Source: an uncultured Chloroflexia bacterium (lineage in GTDB: Bacteria; Chloroflexota; Anaerolineae; JAAYZQ01). From it: DNA of 16,170 nucleotides. Location: contig CAVOXA010000019.1 of the NCBI GenBank assembly GCA_963700285.1, positions 1-16,170 on the forward strand, written 5' to 3'. Positions 16,058-16,170 of this stretch are shown here, one piece after another (the first letter of the stretch is position 1; each line of letters opens with the position of its first letter). Below the pieces are notes generated by a model, which was not told the origin of the DNA, searched no databases, and was given only the letters and a program-made list of their open reading frames with translations. The translations under genes were made by a program, and so were the position numbers.

Positions 16058-16106
16058 TGGTTTTCTTTGCGTTCGCCGGCTTCCAGCCGGCTGCGTCTTT
16101 GCGGTA
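16058..16106. repeat. TCACCGC-AAAG palindrome family, copy H (right arm with hairpin insert)
   Basis: tggttttctttgcgttcgccggcttccagccggctgcgtctttgcggta; perfect 7-bp inner stem gccggct/agccggc. Confidence 0.85.
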
Positions 16107-16170
16107 GGGATTTAGTCGACAAGCCAGGACGACGGCTACACACAGGCCGGACCGCGCCTCCCCGTTCCAT

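Noticed and set aside
15136-16106. CRISPR array from the recurring ccagccggctgcgtc motif
   Set aside because: Spacing is irregular (hundreds to thousands of bp), copies diverge, genes lie between them and no cas gene is present.
11567-16106. Classical integron attC array
   Set aside because: No RYYYAAC...GTTRRRY boxes at the repeat ends and no intI in the window; only an analogy is claimed.

Overview
GC-rich bacterial window, probably Chloroflexota (Anaerolineae-like); this is inferred from gene content, the GAAC-N4-GTTC SOS box and the repeat families. Left part (50-7392, + strand): a tightly overlapping operon of tlyA, an AI-2E family permease and three paralogous GT-C-like ('PTPS-related'/YfhO-type) membrane proteins, the middle one split by a 1-nt frameshift. 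Right part (7763-15761, all - strand, right to left): a BrnT/BrnA pair with an internally deleted toxin, a stand-alone RepA/AAA_25 ATPase with a LexA box in its promoter, a FitA-like/VapC pair, a small-protein plus retropepsin-like protease pair, and a heterodimeric ABC exporter. Every junction between these modules holds a member of one family of imperfect palindromes (TCACCGC-AAAG-ACGC-AAAG...CTTT-GCGGTGA), several with nested hairpin insertions. Other REP-like repeats are inserted in frame in coding sequences. Three probable single-base frameshifts suggest residual assembly indel errors.
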